Below, piece by piece: positions 62,575-64,000 of a stretch of 64,000 nt of DNA (position 1 is the stretch's first letter; each line of letters starts with the position of its first letter). The DNA lies in assembly GCF_009914755.1 (NCBI RefSeq), contig NC_060926.1; one strand, given 5' to 3'. The DNA comes from the human T2T-CHM13v2.0 reference genome, Homo sapiens. A program made the translations under genes and the position numbers. The notes under the pieces were generated by a model, which was given only the letters and a program-made list of their open reading frames with translations, was not told the DNA's origin and searched no databases.

Positions 62575-62705
62575 TATACTTTAAGACAAATGCTTGTTGA
62601 GTGTCAATTGTATATTCAGCTCTGCACTAAGTCCTGGAGAAACAGAGGTTGACAGAACAGAGATGGTCCCTGAAAGCCCTCTTGTTATTTACAATTTAAT
62701 GGACA
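62575..62705 (-). mobile_element. L2 3' fragment
   Basis: CAAATGCTTGTTGAGTG...CTCTGCACTAAGTCCTGGAGAAACAGAG...ATGGTCCCTG. Confidence 0.55.
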
Positions 62706-64000
62706 CTTTTGCTCATAATTACCAAACTGTTATTTAAATAGTGAATTTTCTATTAATAAATATTAAAGAGCTGTGAAAACACCACAACATAACCTGGAGT
62801 GTGTGTGAGGGAATTCTTCCCTGTGGAATGATACATGCACTGAATCATAAATGACAATTGTGAGTTGACTACACAAAGAATGAGGAAAAGATTGTTCTGT
62901 GTTAGAGGGAGCAGACTATGCAATATGCTGAAGTGAGAAGACATGATGTCAAGTTATGACATATTCCATGTTTCAATTCACCTTTTTCAAGAACAACTGC
63001 ATACTATGCACTACTATGCAGGTTCCATCCTTTTATGATGCATTTGATGTGCAGTACAATGTCTTACTCCTACTCTAACTGTATTTTCCCATTTATACCT
63101 TTTTATTTAGTGGCTGTGTGTGGTTACCCTGGTGTGAGGATCTGGGGCATGTGGCAGTGGCCGCTATTATTTACGGTGCTTTCCATAAAAATGTATGACT
63201 GATGTACATTGTCCTTTGCACATTGTATGACTGACTTGCATTAATGGCTAACAGCATCACTGAAATCTCTAAAGAGTGTGAAATATTAGTGCTAAAGGGT
63301 AAAATCATAATAATTTTTTTCAAATTAAGAAAAGTAAAGGCCCACAATCTCAAGCTCAAGTAGTGACTTCACAAAATGAAATTGATTTATTCTTAATTTC
63401 CTATAAATGTAAGAGTTTTTCATGAGTCTGGTAAAGGGTAAAGACATTTTAACACATAAATGCATAGAAAGAAACCAATTATGATACTGTCTTGACACCT
63501 GCAAAAAAATTCTCCAAAGATTAGAAAGGTTAATTTTATGTGTCACATAAATTAAGTTACAGATCTATGCAGGACAAAGGACAGGTTCAGAGGAAAGTAT
63601 GAACCTAAAAGCATGACAATCAACTTGGTTTTAAAAAGAAAGCATTAAATCCTTACAGACATACCAGGATGGTCTCTCATTTCTTCATATTTGGTGGGCA
63701 TTCAATAACCACGGAGGAAGAATGGAAATGTGGGAAGAACATGGCTCTAACAATACAAGGTTGTTGTACTAGCCTGACTAGCCCCTTCCTGGCTTTAAGA
63801 CATGGAGCAGAAGTTGTCATTTCTTTGTTCTGCACACTTAAAATGAAGGCTTAGGTTATTTAAGGTTGAACATTTGGGACCCTGTATAATTTTACTGTGT
63901 TTTAGTTATTGTTTCCTAAGGCAAAAATACTCTGTTTTAATATTTTTATAAATCTAATTTTCATTCTCACATCACACTGTCTTTCCAACCCTGTTCTCCT

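Overview
AT-rich primate (most likely human) non-coding genomic DNA, intergenic or deep intronic. I find no credible protein-coding exon, RNA gene, CpG island or CRISPR array; the listed ORFs are Alu, L1, LTR or microsatellite read-throughs. The window is a mosaic of 24 near-full-length Alus plus one FRAM (about 10 AluY-like), L1 fragments (old L1M, L1PB, L1PA15/16-like), MaLR LTRs and internal regions (MLT1, MSTC, THE1), ERV1/ERVL solo LTRs (two MER61, MER57-like, two MER66, MER67, MLT2, one unassigned), DNA-transposon MITEs (MADE1, MER3, MER20, MER30, MER33, MER45A), MIR/L2 relics and simple repeats. Subfamily names come from recalled consensus sequences and need RepeatMasker/Dfam confirmation. 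I did not find a new biological system. The most notable observations are structural: a 31-bp exact copy 2.7 kb away that adjoins a fold-back, a 211-bp GAA/GAG polypurine Alu tail, near-strict strand alternation of Alus, a minisatellite ending in a perfect hairpin inside an MLT2, and paired same-family solo LTRs.
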